DNA of 64,000 nt from Thermoleophilia bacterium (GTDB lineage Bacteria > Actinomycetota > Thermoleophilia > Gaiellales > Gaiellaceae): contig JAICWC010000001.1 in assembly GCA_025934995.1 (NCBI GenBank), positions 759 to 64,758 of the forward strand, in the 5' to 3' direction. The notes under the pieces were generated by a model that was given only the letters and a program-made list of their open reading frames with translations, was not told the origin of the DNA and ran no database searches. Position numbers and translations under genes: made by a program. Below, piece after piece: positions 38,068 through 47,819 of this stretch; positions within the stretch are counted from its first letter, which is position 1, and every line of letters starts with the position of its first letter.

Positions 38068-39104
38068 CAGGCGACTTCTACCCAATCCTTGCGGAACGCC
38101 GTCAGGTTCTCGATCCCGTCTTCGGTGACGACGACGTCGTCCTCGATCCGGATCCCGAACTTGCCGTCGACGTAGATGCCCGGCTCGACCGTGACGACGT
38201 TGCCGGGCGCGAGGGTGTCGGACGACTCCGTCGAGAGCCGCGGCGCCTCGTGCACGTCGAGCCCGAGGCCGTGCCCCAGGCCGTGCCCGAGCGCACCCTT
38301 GAACGGCGAGGCGTCGATGACGTCGCGCGCGAGTGCATCCGCCTCGACTCCGCTGATGCCCGCGCGGATGCCGTCGAGCGCAGCTTGCTGCGCCGCGATG
38401 ACGACCTCGTACGCCTCGCGCATCTCGCCGTTGACGCCACCGGTCGAGAACGTGCGCGTGTAGTCGGACGCGTAACCGTCGACGATGCAACCGGCGTCGA
38501 CGACGACGAGCTCGCCCTTCCCGATCAGGCGATCGCCCGCCCGGCCGTGCGGCTGCGAGCCGGTCGGGCCCGACCCGACGATGAACTCGAACGACGGCTC
38601 GTGCGCACCCTCCTCGTGGAAGATCTGCACGAGCTCCCAGGCGACGTCGCGCTCGGCGCGCCCGGTGAACTGCACCTCCGCGAGCCGCTCGAACGCCCGA
38701 TCCGTGATCGCGCAGGCGCTGCGCAGCGTCGCCAGCTCCTGCTCGTCCTTCACGGCGCGCATCCGCTCGATCGTGCCGTCGGCCGGCGTCAGCTCGAGGC
38801 CCGCCGCGCGCAGCCGCTCGTACAGCGACCACGGCATCAGCGATTCGAAGGTCACGTTCTGCCCCGCGAGCACCTCTCCGATCTCGCCGATCGTGTCGCG
38901 GCGCGTCTGGACGACCTCGACATCCGGGATCTCACGCGCTGCCGCGATGTACCGAAAGTCGGTCAGCAGGCGGATGCGATCGCGCTCGACGATGAGCGCA
39001 CAGTTCGAGCTGTCGAAGCCGACGAGGTACTTGACGTTGACGGGGTTCGTGACGAGCAGCGGCTGCTCGAGCTGCGCCTGCAGGCGCCCCACGCGATCGT
39101 TCAT
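38067..39104 (-). CDS. pepP: Xaa-Pro aminopeptidase (M24B family)
   Basis: ATG 39104 (ATGA overlap). VVDAGCIVDGYASDYTRTF, HGLGHGLGLDVHE and VEPGIY...GIRIED. Confidence 0.9.
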   Translation of the reverse strand: MNDRVGRLQAQLEQPLLVTNPVNVKYLVGFDSSNCALIVERDRIRLLTDFRYIAAAREIPDVEVVQTRRDTIGEIGEVLAGQNVTFESLMPWSLYERLRAAGLELTPADGTIERMRAVKDEQELATLRSACAITDRAFERLAEVQFTGRAERDVAWELVQIFHEEGAHEPSFEFIVGSGPTGSQPHGRAGDRLIGKGELVVVDAGCIVDGYASDYTRTFSTGGVNGEMREAYEVVIAAQQAALDGIRAGISGVEADALARDVIDASPFKGALGHGLGHGLGLDVHEAPRLSTESSDTLAPGNVVTVEPGIYVDGKFGIRIEDDVVVTEDGIENLTAFRKDWVEVA

Positions 39105-39529
39105 TCCTTCTCCTTGAGATATTCGAGTGCCTCGCGGTAGCCGTCGGGGCCCTTGCCGATGATCCGAGAGGCGACGATGTCGGCGAGAACGGACATCCGC
39201 CGCCACTCCTCCCGCTCGTCCACGTTCGAGAGGTGGACCTCGATGATCGGGATCGCCAGTGGCTCGAGCGCGTCCCGGATCGACCAGGCGTAGTGCGTCC
39301 AGGCGCCGGGGTTGATCACCAGCCCGTCGGCGTTGTCATACGCGTCGTGGATCCAGTGGATGAACTCGCCCTCGTCGTTGGACTGGCGGCAGTTGACCAT
39401 CAGGCCGAGCTCGCGGGCCCACTCGTAGATGCGCCCCTCGAGCTCGGCGATCGTCAGGCCGCCGTAGAGCGACGGGTCGCGGCGGCCGAGGATGTTCAGA
39501 TTGACGCCGTTGAGGACGGTGACGCGCAT
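39101..39529 (-). CDS. aroQ: type II 3-dehydroquinate dehydratase
   Basis: VLNGVNLNILGRRDPSLYG, INPGAWTHY and HLSNV. Confidence 0.95.
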   Translation of the reverse strand: MRVTVLNGVNLNILGRRDPSLYGGLTIAELEGRIYEWARELGLMVNCRQSNDEGEFIHWIHDAYDNADGLVINPGAWTHYAWSIRDALEPLAIPIIEVHLSNVDEREEWRRMSVLADIVASRIIGKGPDGYREALEYLKEKE

Positions 39530-39541
39530 CGGCGGCGGACT

Positions 39542-40903
39542 CTAGCCCGAGATCAATTCGTCCAGGGCCGTGCGGACGTCCCCGGCGGGGACGGGCACGT
39601 CCCATTCCGGGCCGTCGCCCCCGAGAAGGACGAGGCGGAGCTCGCCGCCGAGGTTCTTCTTGTCGCGCTGCAGCGCCGCCCAGGCCCGCTCGCGGTCGAC
39701 GCGGACCGGCTTCGGCTCGAGGATCTCTTCCACCAGTGAGGTGTCGCGGCCGGACAGCTTCAACGCCGCCTTGAGGCCGAGCGCGACCGCCTGGCCGTGC
39801 GTCACGCCCTCGTACGCCGCTGCGGCCTCGAGCGCGTGCGCGAACGTGTGGCCGAGGTTCAGCTGCTTGCGCTCGCCCTGGTCGTGCGGGTCGCGCAGGC
39901 AGATCGCGGCCTTGAACGCGGCGCAGCGGCGGACGTCGAGCGGGTCGTGCAGATTCTCTCCGGCGAGCAGGCTCGTCTTGACGACCTCGGCCATCCCCTC
40001 TCTGCGCTCGCGCTCCGGCAGCGTCTGCAGCAGCGCCGGGTCGACGATCGTGCGGGTCGGCCAGTGGAATGCGCCGACGAGGTTCTTCCCCTGCGGCAGG
40101 TCGATCGCCGTCTTGCCGCCGATCGCCGCGTCGACCTGGGCGACCAGGCTCGTCGGAACCGGCACCCAATCGATGCCGCGCAGGTACGTCGCGGCGGCAA
40201 AGCCGGCGGCGTCGGTCGTGCAGCCGCCGCCGAGCGCGACGAGCGTGCCGCTGCGGTCGAGGCGCAGCTCCTGCCACAGCCGGTCGAGCGCGGTCAGCGT
40301 CTTCGCCTCCTCGCCCGCCGGAAGCTCCAGCGACTGCCGAAGCTTCGCACCGAGCGCGAGCTGCGCATCCATGCCGTGGATCCCTGCGACGTTCGGGTCG
40401 CTGACGAGTGCGCACTCCCCTTGCACGAAGTCACCGAGTCGCTGTAGCGCCCCGGCCTCGACGACGATCCCCGCTGCGGCAAGCGCGACGTCGTGCGCGT
40501 CCCTCGCCTTGACGTCCGCGACCTGCTCGTACAGCGGCCGCCGCTCTTCGTACAGGCGCTTGAAGTCGTCGTAGTTCTGCGCCAGCGGACGGTCGCTCCC
40601 CTTGACCCGTTCCCAGCACGTGTCGACGTCGACGTCGAGCCAGACGACCGTCGCCTTCTCCTTCAGCAGCTCGCGCACGCGCGGAGTCGTGATCGCGCCG
40701 CCGCCGAGGTCGAGGATGACTGCATCTTGCGCGAGCATCGACTCGACGACGCGCGCCTCGGCCTCGCGAAACGCCGCCTCCCCCTGCTCGAACAGCTCGA
40801 TCGGCACGACATCGTCCGTGACGAGCACCGGCACACCGAGCGACCGCGCAGCCGTCGTCTTCCCCGCGCCCATGAAGCCGACGAGCGCGACGCGCTTGTT
40901 CAG
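39542..40903 (-). CDS. bifunctional shikimate kinase / 3-dehydroquinate synthase (fused AroK-AroB)
   Basis: A single ORF with a P-loop (LVGFMGAGKTT) and LGGGAI (AroK part). The AroB part follows: GGGCTTDAAGFAAATYLRGI, NLGHTFAHALE and HGQAVALG. The start is uncertain: CTG 40903 (CTGA overlap with the aroC stop), or ATG 40993 with an Arg-rich extension overlapping aroC. Confidence 0.85.
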   Translation of the reverse strand: MNKRVALVGFMGAGKTTAARSLGVPVLVTDDVVPIELFEQGEAAFREAEARVVESMLAQDAVILDLGGGAITTPRVRELLKEKATVVWLDVDVDTCWERVKGSDRPLAQNYDDFKRLYEERRPLYEQVADVKARDAHDVALAAAGIVVEAGALQRLGDFVQGECALVSDPNVAGIHGMDAQLALGAKLRQSLELPAGEEAKTLTALDRLWQELRLDRSGTLVALGGGCTTDAAGFAAATYLRGIDWVPVPTSLVAQVDAAIGGKTAIDLPQGKNLVGAFHWPTRTIVDPALLQTLPERERREGMAEVVKTSLLAGENLHDPLDVRRCAAFKAAICLRDPHDQGERKQLNLGHTFAHALEAAAAYEGVTHGQAVALGLKAALKLSGRDTSLVEEILEPKPVRVDRERAWAALQRDKKNLGGELRLVLLGGDGPEWDVPVPAGDVRTALDELISG

Positions 40904-41961
40904 AGCCGCTCCACGTATACGCGGTGCGCGGCGACGAAGTCCACGAGCGCGTCGCCGCCGAACTTCTCCTTGGCGGCACGCGCGAGCTCCCATGCGACCG
41001 CCGCCTCCGCGACGACCGCGAGCGCCTCCACTGCGCTGACGTCGCTGCGCTCGACCAGCGCCTCCGCCGCTTCGCCGGTGGCGAGGTCGACCGACCGCAA
41101 CGGCTTCATCAGCGTCGGCAGCGGCTTCATCGAGCAGCGCACGACGAGCTCCTCGCCGTTCGACATGCCGCCCTCGAGCCCGCCGGCGCGGTTCGTCATC
41201 CGTGTCTTGTCGGGCTTGATCTCGTCGTGCGCCTCCGACCCGCGGAGGCCCGCGAGCTCCTTGCCGTCGCCGATCTCGACGCTCTTGACCGCCTGGATGC
41301 CCATCAGCGCCGCCGCGAGGCGTGCGTCGAGCCGGTCGTCCTTGCGCGCATACGAACCGAGGCCGGGCGGCACGCCGGTCGCGCGCACTGTGACGGTGCC
41401 GCCGAGCGTGTCGCGTGCCTTGCGCGCCTCGTCGACCGCAGCCGGGTCGGCGCCGTGCTCGGCGAGCGCCTCACCGCGCACGTCGACGCCGATCGTCGCC
41501 AGGAGGGCCTTCGCGACGGCGCCGGCGGCGACGTGGACCGCCGTGTGGCGCGCCGACGCGCGCTCGAGGGCGTTCCGCACGTCGTCGTGCCCGTACTTCT
41601 GCACGCCCGCGAGGTCGGCGTGGCCCGGCCTGGGCAGCGTGACCGGCCGTGTCCCTTTTCCCTCCGGTTCGCCCTCGGGCGGCCACGGGCTCATCCCCCA
41701 CGTCCAGTTCTTGTGGTCGCGGTTGCGGACGACGAGCGCGAGCGGCGTCCCGAGCGTCCGGCCGTGCCGGAGCCCGGCGAGCACCTCGACCTCGTCCGTC
41801 TCGATCTGCTGGCGGGGGGAGCGCCCGTAGCCCTGTTGCCTGCGCCGCAGGTCGGCGTCGATCGCCGTCTGTTCCAGCTCGAGGCCGGCAGGCAAGCCGG
41901 AGAGGATCGCGACGAGCGCAGGACCGTGCGATTCCCCCGCGGATGCGAGCTCGAGCGTCAT
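40900..41961 (-). CDS. aroC: chorismate synthase
   Basis: ATG 41961: MTLELASAGESHGPALVAILSGLPAG, then RPGHADL and RSDVSAV. Confidence 0.95.
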   Translation of the reverse strand: MTLELASAGESHGPALVAILSGLPAGLELEQTAIDADLRRRQQGYGRSPRQQIETDEVEVLAGLRHGRTLGTPLALVVRNRDHKNWTWGMSPWPPEGEPEGKGTRPVTLPRPGHADLAGVQKYGHDDVRNALERASARHTAVHVAAGAVAKALLATIGVDVRGEALAEHGADPAAVDEARKARDTLGGTVTVRATGVPPGLGSYARKDDRLDARLAAALMGIQAVKSVEIGDGKELAGLRGSEAHDEIKPDKTRMTNRAGGLEGGMSNGEELVVRCSMKPLPTLMKPLRSVDLATGEAAEALVERSDVSAVEALAVVAEAAVAWELARAAKEKFGGDALVDFVAAHRVYVERL

Positions 41962-42620
41962 GTGTCCAACCCTAGGGCGCGGCGCATGACCGCAACAGGT
42001 GCGGGCACGCCGGTCCAGAGCTCGAAGCTCTGGGCGCCCTGCGCGGCGAGCACGTCGAGCCCGTCGTAGACGGTTGCCCCGGCACGGGCGGCGGCCTCCG
42101 CGGTCGCGGTGCGCGGATACGGGAGGTCGATCAGCGTCTGCCCCGGGTGCACCTCGAAGAGCACGTCGTCGCGCACGGGCGTCGCGTTGATCACCACGTC
42201 CGCCCGGGACACGTCCGGAGGCCACATCGTCCGACGTGAGTAGACGCGCGCTTCCGGCAGCAAGTGGCGGAACGCAGCGGCAGCGCCGCCGTCCCCGACG
42301 ATCACCGGCGACTCGCACGCCAGACCGTCGAGGATCGCAGTATCCGTCGAATGCGCGACTCCGCCGGGCAGGAGCGTGTTCACGGACGGAAGGTCGCTGC
42401 CGACGATCCGGGCGACGGCGAGCTTGTGCGGCGCCGTCACGTTCGCGCCCGCGAAGCCGAGCGCGTCGAGGCCGCGCACGGCCTCCTCGAGCCGGTCGGG
42501 TTCGACGTCGAGCGCGACGTACGTCCAGTCGAGGCCGCGCGCGGCGAACGCGGCGTTGTGCATGCGCGGCGAGAGGGAGTGCGCCACCGGGTGGCCGAGG
42601 AGCGCGACGACCTCGGTCAC
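41958..42620 (-). CDS. aroE: shikimate dehydrogenase (short form)
   Basis: GTG 42620 (GTGA overlap). LLGHPVAHSLSPRMHNAAF, GANVTAPHK and VNTL. At about 220 aa it is shorter than a typical AroE. Confidence 0.8.
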   Translation of the reverse strand: MTEVVALLGHPVAHSLSPRMHNAAFAARGLDWTYVALDVEPDRLEEAVRGLDALGFAGANVTAPHKLAVARIVGSDLPSVNTLLPGGVAHSTDTAILDGLACESPVIVGDGGAAAAFRHLLPEARVYSRRTMWPPDVSRADVVINATPVRDDVLFEVHPGQTLIDLPYPRTATAEAAARAGATVYDGLDVLAAQGAQSFELWTGVPAPVAVMRRALGLDT

Positions 42621-43528
42621 TTGGTGAAGCCGTACTGGATCTCGTGGTTCTGGAAGTCCTGGAAGCTCGCGGTGAAGTAGTGGTGCACCTTGTCGGGCTT
42701 GCGCACGAAGTAGAGGTAGTCGACGTGCGCGGGATGTGCGGCCGCCTGCATCGACGCGAGGCCGGGGTTGCCGATCGGCGTCGGCGGCAGGCCGAGGAAC
42801 TTGCGCGTGTTGTACGGGTTGTCGCTCGCCAGCTCGGACTCGAGGAGCGGCTTCGTCCCCGGCACGTGCAGCCCGTAGCGGATCGTCGCGTCGATCCCGA
42901 GCGGCATACGGTCGTGCAGCCGGTTGTAGATCACCGCTGCGACGAGCGGCCGCTCGTCGGGCGCCACGGTCTCGCCCTCGACCATCGACGCGATGATCAG
43001 CACGTCGTAGGGCGTCAGATTCTTCTTGCGTGCGTACGACATGTCGACCTTGCGCCAGTTCTGCGCGAATGCCTCGAGTTGGTCGGTCACGAGCTGGCGC
43101 GACGTCGTGTTGCGGAGGAAGTCGTAGGTCGCCGGGAAGAGGAACCCCTCGAGGCTGTGCTTCCCGCCGAAGCCTGCAACCGCACGACGCTGCGACCAGT
43201 GCAGATAGCCTCGCGCGCTCAGCTGCACGTGCTTGTGCGACTTCTTTTCGGCGATCTTCGCGACGACGGACACGCGGTGCGCCATCGCCTCGCGCGTCAT
43301 TCCCTCCGGGAAGATGATGCGGAACGGCTTCGGTGGTGGAATCACCGTCGTCACCGGCGCCGCGGTGCTGCGCCCGTGGTGCACTGCAAGCGTGACGCCG
43401 ATGATAACGAGCGCGACGAGGAGTGCGCCGAGCGCGATCAGCCGCCGGATGAGGATCGTCCGGCGCGGCACCTGCCGGGGCGGCGGCCCCGGCTTCGGCG
43501 GCATCACGCCGGGGCGGCGCTCGACCAC
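42617..43528 (-). CDS. mltG: endolytic murein transglycosylase MltG (YceG family)
   Basis: An N-terminal TM helix, then FPEGMT, LIIASMVEGE, IYNRL...MPLGIDATIRYG and NPYNTR...GLPPTPIGNPG. ATG 43504 is an alternative start. Confidence 0.9.
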   Translation of the reverse strand: MVERRPGVMPPKPGPPPRQVPRRTILIRRLIALGALLVALVIIGVTLAVHHGRSTAAPVTTVIPPPKPFRIIFPEGMTREAMAHRVSVVAKIAEKKSHKHVQLSARGYLHWSQRRAVAGFGGKHSLEGFLFPATYDFLRNTTSRQLVTDQLEAFAQNWRKVDMSYARKKNLTPYDVLIIASMVEGETVAPDERPLVAAVIYNRLHDRMPLGIDATIRYGLHVPGTKPLLESELASDNPYNTRKFLGLPPTPIGNPGLASMQAAAHPAHVDYLYFVRKPDKVHHYFTASFQDFQNHEIQYGFTK

Positions 43529-43899
43529 GCGAGAAAAGAGGAGAGGAGGTGCGCGGCGGCCCGCGCATCGAGTTCCGTGTCCGACGCCGTCTGTTGCGCG
43601 AGGTCGGTCGTGAAGCGCTCGTCGAAGAGGACAACCGGCACGCTGAGTGTCTTACGCAGGCGTTTGGCGAACTCCTCGCTTGCGCGAGCCTGCTCGCCCC
43701 GCTCACCGCGCAGGGTCAACGGCAGCCCGACGACGACCTTCTCCACGTCCTCGCTCGCGACGAGCCCTTGCAGCTCGGCGAGGCCGGTTTCGGTATGCGC
43801 GCGCTCGACGACGCCGAGAGGGCGCGCGATCGTCCCGGTCGGATCGGAGACGGCAACGCCCGTGCGCGTGGAGCCGTAGTCGAGCGCCATCACCTTCAC
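43504..43899 (-). CDS. ruvX: Holliday junction resolvase-like RuvX (YqgF)
   Basis: GTG 43899 (GTGA overlap with the alaS stop). VMALDYGSTRTGVAVSD, VVVGLPLTLRGERGEQ and DERFTT. Confidence 0.9.
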   Translation of the reverse strand: MKVMALDYGSTRTGVAVSDPTGTIARPLGVVERAHTETGLAELQGLVASEDVEKVVVGLPLTLRGERGEQARASEEFAKRLRKTLSVPVVLFDERFTTDLAQQTASDTELDARAAAHLLSSFLAWSSAAPA

Positions 43900-46394
43900 G
43901 ATGCGACGAGCGCCTTCGCCGCTCGCAGAGCATCTGCGACGCCGTCCGGGTTCTTCCCGCCGGCCTCTGCGAGCGTCGCCTTGCCGCCGCCGCCGCCGCC
44001 GATGTGCTTGCCGAGCTCGCGGACGATGTGCACGGCGTCGAGCCCGCGGTCGACGAGCGACTGGTCGAGGTTGACGACGAGGAACGCGCGGCCGTCGTCG
44101 ATCGAAGCGACGATCGCGCCGCCTGCCTTCTCCTGCTGACGCAGGCGGTCGGACATGTCTCGCAGATCGCCGCCCTTCATACCTCTCGTCATGGCGAGCA
44201 CGACGCCGCCGTAGACCTCGACCTCGGCCGCTGCCGGTTCGGCCTTCGGCTTCGGCTTCTCCTTGCGGGCGCGTGTCAATTCGGCGCGGAGGTGATCCGC
44301 CTCTCGCGCCTGCTCGCGCAGGTAGGCGAACGCCTCGCCGGCGGTCACAGCCTCGATGCGGCGCGCGCCGGCGCCGACGGAGCTCTCCGTGACGATCACG
44401 AACGGCCCGACCTCGGCCGTCGAGCCGACGTGCGTGCCGCCGCACAGCTCGCGGGACCAGCCGTCGATGTCGACGAGGCGGACGACGTCGCCGTACTTCT
44501 CGCCGAAGAGCATCATCGCGCCGAGCTTCTTCGCCTCGGCCTGCGTCGTCTCGTAGATCCGCACGGGATGGTTCGCGAAGACGTGCTCGTTGACGATCTC
44601 TTCGACCTGCACGCGCTCCTCGGTCGTCAAGGCCTGCGGATGCGTGAAGTCGAAGCGGAGCTTGTCCGGGCGCACCGCCGAGCCGGCCTGGCGCACGTGG
44701 TCGCCGAGCACCTCCTGCAGCGCCTTGTGCAGCAGGTGCGTGCCGGTGTGGTTCGCCATCGTCGGATAGCGCACCGCCCACGGCACGACCGCGCGCACCC
44801 GGTCGCCGTCTCCGAAACCCGAGCCGCGGAAGACGAGCTCCTGGTCGTTGTCGAGCCGTAGCGCCTCGACGAGCTCCGCGCGCGAGCCGTCGTCCTTCTC
44901 GAGGTAGCCCGCATCGGTGACCTGGCCGCCGCCCGCCGCATAGAAGGGCGATTGCTCGAGCTTGCACTGGAAGAGCCCCTCGCCGAGATCCGCGAATGCG
45001 GTGATCGCCGTGAGGACGTCCGTGCGCTCGTAGCCGACGAACTCCGTGTGCGGCGCATCGGGAAAGCGGGGCTGGAACGACGAGCCGCCGCGACGCGAGA
45101 TCTCGCGGTGCCGGCCCATGTACGTGTCGTATTCCTCGTCGTTGACGCCGAGGCCTCGCTCGCGCGCGAGCTCCTGCGTCAGCTCGATCGGGAAGCCGTA
45201 CGTCGCCTGCAGGGTGAACGCGTCCTCACCGCTGATGTCGCCCTTCGCAGCGGCCTCGTCGAACAGCTTCATGCCGCGCTCGAGCGTCCGCGCGAATTGC
45301 TCCTCCTCCGCCGTCAGCACGTCCGCGATCTCGCGGCGGTGCTCGACGAGCTCGGGATATGCCTCGCCCATCTGCTCCGTGACTGCGTCGGCGAGCCCGG
45401 CGAGGAACGGCGCCTCCATGCCGATGCGCAGCCCGTGCTGCACTGCGCGGCGGATGATGCGGCGCATGACGTAGCCGCGTCCCTCGTTCGACGGCGAGAC
45501 CCCCTCGGCGGCGAGAAACGTCATTCCCCGCCCGTGGTCGGCGAGCACTCGGTGCGCCTTCGTCGCGTCGACCGAGTCGCCGTACGCGACGCCGGAGTTC
45601 GCGGCGACCCAGCGCATGATCGTCTGGTAACCGTCGGTGTCGTACACGGACGGCACCTGCTGCACGATCTGCGCCATCCGCTCGAGGCCCATGCCTGTGT
45701 CGATGTTCTGCTTCGGCAGGTCGACGAGCGTCCCGTCCGTACGCAGCTCGTAGGCCATGAAGACGAGGTTCCAGAACTCGAGGAACCGCTCACAGCGGTC
45801 GCAGCCGGGCTTGCAGTCGGGCTCGCCGCACGAGCGCTCCTCGCCCCAGTCCCAGTAGATTTCGCTGTCCGGGCCGCACGGCCCGGGGCCGCCCACCGAC
45901 CAGAAGTTCTCCGACGACGGCAGCGGCGTGATCCGCTCCGGCGGCATGCCGATCTTCTCCCAGAGGTCGATCGCCTCCTGGTCGGGGCCGAGCTTCAGCT
46001 CGGCGTCGCCGGCGTGCACCGTGACCCAGATGCGATCCCACGGGAGCTGCAGCCGGTTCTGCACGAAGTCGGTCGCGAACTCGATCGCGCCCTCCTTGAA
46101 GTACCGCCCGAACGAGAAGTTGCCGAGCATCTCGAAGAACGTCAGGTGGAACGTGTCGAGGCCGACGACGTCGATGTCGACCGTCCGGAAGACTTTCTGG
46201 GCGGTCGTCGTCAAGGGCGCGGGCGGCGCCTCGTGCCCGAGGAAGTACGGCATCTGCGGCTGCATCCCGGCCGTCGTGAGCAGCGTCGACGTGTCGCCCG
46301 CCCGCGGAATCAGGGACGCCGAGTGCACGCGCAGATGCCCTTTCTCCTCGAAGTAGGAGAGATAGCCCTCGCGGATCTCGGCGGTGGTGTGCAT
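43896..46394 (-). CDS. alaS: alanine--tRNA ligase
   Basis: IREGYLSYFEEKGH, TTAGMQPQMPYF, FFEMLGNFSFGRYFK, the editing-domain HTGTHLLH and CGGTHV. Confidence 0.97.
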   Translation of the reverse strand: MHTTAEIREGYLSYFEEKGHLRVHSASLIPRAGDTSTLLTTAGMQPQMPYFLGHEAPPAPLTTTAQKVFRTVDIDVVGLDTFHLTFFEMLGNFSFGRYFKEGAIEFATDFVQNRLQLPWDRIWVTVHAGDAELKLGPDQEAIDLWEKIGMPPERITPLPSSENFWSVGGPGPCGPDSEIYWDWGEERSCGEPDCKPGCDRCERFLEFWNLVFMAYELRTDGTLVDLPKQNIDTGMGLERMAQIVQQVPSVYDTDGYQTIMRWVAANSGVAYGDSVDATKAHRVLADHGRGMTFLAAEGVSPSNEGRGYVMRRIIRRAVQHGLRIGMEAPFLAGLADAVTEQMGEAYPELVEHRREIADVLTAEEEQFARTLERGMKLFDEAAAKGDISGEDAFTLQATYGFPIELTQELARERGLGVNDEEYDTYMGRHREISRRGGSSFQPRFPDAPHTEFVGYERTDVLTAITAFADLGEGLFQCKLEQSPFYAAGGGQVTDAGYLEKDDGSRAELVEALRLDNDQELVFRGSGFGDGDRVRAVVPWAVRYPTMANHTGTHLLHKALQEVLGDHVRQAGSAVRPDKLRFDFTHPQALTTEERVQVEEIVNEHVFANHPVRIYETTQAEAKKLGAMMLFGEKYGDVVRLVDIDGWSRELCGGTHVGSTAEVGPFVIVTESSVGAGARRIEAVTAGEAFAYLREQAREADHLRAELTRARKEKPKPKAEPAAAEVEVYGGVVLAMTRGMKGGDLRDMSDRLRQQEKAGGAIVASIDDGRAFLVVNLDQSLVDRGLDAVHIVRELGKHIGGGGGGKATLAEAGGKNPDGVADALRAAKALVAS

Positions 46395-46419
46395 CAGGCG
46401 GCCATTCTAGGATCGGGAC

Positions 46420-47397
46420 GTGGCCCCTCCGAGGAGACGCAAGCGCTATCGCTACCGCTTGAGACGTCTGGCACCGGTTGCGGCCGTCGCCGCGATCGCC
46501 GGAATCGGCGGCGCCTGGGTCGGCCACGTGCAGCGCTCGCTGCCGATTGCGACGATCGCGGCTGCCCGCCCGCCGGCGGTCGTCGGGCTTGCGCCGGCCG
46601 TCCAGAAGACGGTCAGGCACGAGGAACGGCTCTTGAACGCGGATGACCTGGTGAGGCACACCTTCGCCCCGAAGCTGCTCGGGAAGGCGGCGATTCTCGT
46701 CGATGCCTCCGACGGACGGGTGCTCTGGCAGCTGCACGAGCACCGCCGGCTGCAGGTCGCGTCGACGACGAAGATCATGACCGCGCTCCTTGCGTTGCGG
46801 AAGCTGAAGCCGCACGAGATCGTCACCGTCGACAAGTCGGTGCCGCGCGTTCCGCTCGTGCGCGAAGGGCTGCGCGCCGGCGAGCGAGTCGAGGCGTGGA
46901 AGCTCTTCTACGCGATGCTCCTCTACTCGGGGAACGACGACGCGCTCGCCCTCGCGATCGCGTCCGGTGGAACGAAGTGGCATTTCGTCCACCAGATGAA
47001 CGTCGAGGCGCGCATCCTCGGGTTGCACGACACGCACTTCGTCTCGCCGAGCGGGGTGGTCGACGTCGGCAACTATTCGAGCGCCTGGGACCTCGCCGCC
47101 TTGACGCGCGTCGCGCTGCGGAACGCGCGGTTCCGCTCGATCGTGCGCACGAAGGTGAAGCACGTCGCGTGGACGGCGCCGACGTATTCGAAGATCTACA
47201 TCAACAACAACCGGCTGCTCGGCTCGTACCGCGGTGCGAACGGCGTCAAGACCGGTTACACGCACAAGGCCGGCCCGTGTCTCGTCGCATCGGCGACCCG
47301 CGGCGGCACGACGCTGATCGCGGTCGTGCTCGACTCGCCCGACATGTACACGGACGCGAAGCGGCTGCTCGACCTCGGCTTCGCGTCGCTCGGATGA
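46420..47397 (+). CDS. D-alanyl-D-alanine carboxypeptidase (S11, serine type)
   Basis: An N-terminal TM/signal segment, then ASTTKIMT (SxxK), YSGNDDA (SxN) and VKTGYT (KTG). Confidence 0.9.
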   Translation: MAPPRRRKRYRYRLRRLAPVAAVAAIAGIGGAWVGHVQRSLPIATIAAARPPAVVGLAPAVQKTVRHEERLLNADDLVRHTFAPKLLGKAAILVDASDGRVLWQLHEHRRLQVASTTKIMTALLALRKLKPHEIVTVDKSVPRVPLVREGLRAGERVEAWKLFYAMLLYSGNDDALALAIASGGTKWHFVHQMNVEARILGLHDTHFVSPSGVVDVGNYSSAWDLAALTRVALRNARFRSIVRTKVKHVAWTAPTYSKIYINNNRLLGSYRGANGVKTGYTHKAGPCLVASATRGGTTLIAVVLDSPDMYTDAKRLLDLGFASLG

Positions 47398-47819
47398 GCT
47401 GCTGGGTCTGCGGATTCGTCGCGCCCGGCGGCGCCGTCATGTCGACCGAACGTTGGATCGTCGATCACTGCGTCGGCCTACTCGGCGTCGGCACGCTCAT
47501 CGTGCGGCCGCATCGCCACGTCGAGCGTGTCGGCGATCTCGATGCCGCGGAATCGCTCGAGCTCGGACCGCTCTTGCAGCGGGCGGCCGCCGTCGTCGAC
47601 GAGGTCGTTCGGCCGAGCCAGGTGTACGTCTCGCTGTGGTCGCATCAAGGGCGGGAGCCCGGGCACATCCACTTCGTCGTCCAGCCGGTTACAGAGGCAC
47701 TGATGGCGCGGTACGACCTGCACGGTCCCGCCCTGCAGAAGGCGATGTTCGACACGCACGAGCGGCAGTCCGACGACGAGATGGCCGCCTTCGCCGAGCG
47801 CGCACGGGCGGTGTGGTGA
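47394..47819 (+). CDS. HIT-like domain protein with an imperfect histidine triad
   Basis: ATG 47394 (ATGA overlap). N-terminal CWVCG, then ...LIVRPHRHV... and GHIHFVVQP where HxHxHxx is expected. Confidence 0.5.
   Translation: MSCWVCGFVAPGGAVMSTERWIVDHCVGLLGVGTLIVRPHRHVERVGDLDAAESLELGPLLQRAAAVVDEVVRPSQVYVSLWSHQGREPGHIHFVVQPVTEALMARYDLHGPALQKAMFDTHERQSDDEMAAFAERARAVW

Noticed and set aside
44952-47265. Long ORFs 44952..46646 (+) and 45790..47265 (-)
   Set aside because: They overlap alaS (antisense) and the carboxypeptidase gene (antisense) respectively. They have low-complexity Arg/Pro-rich products.
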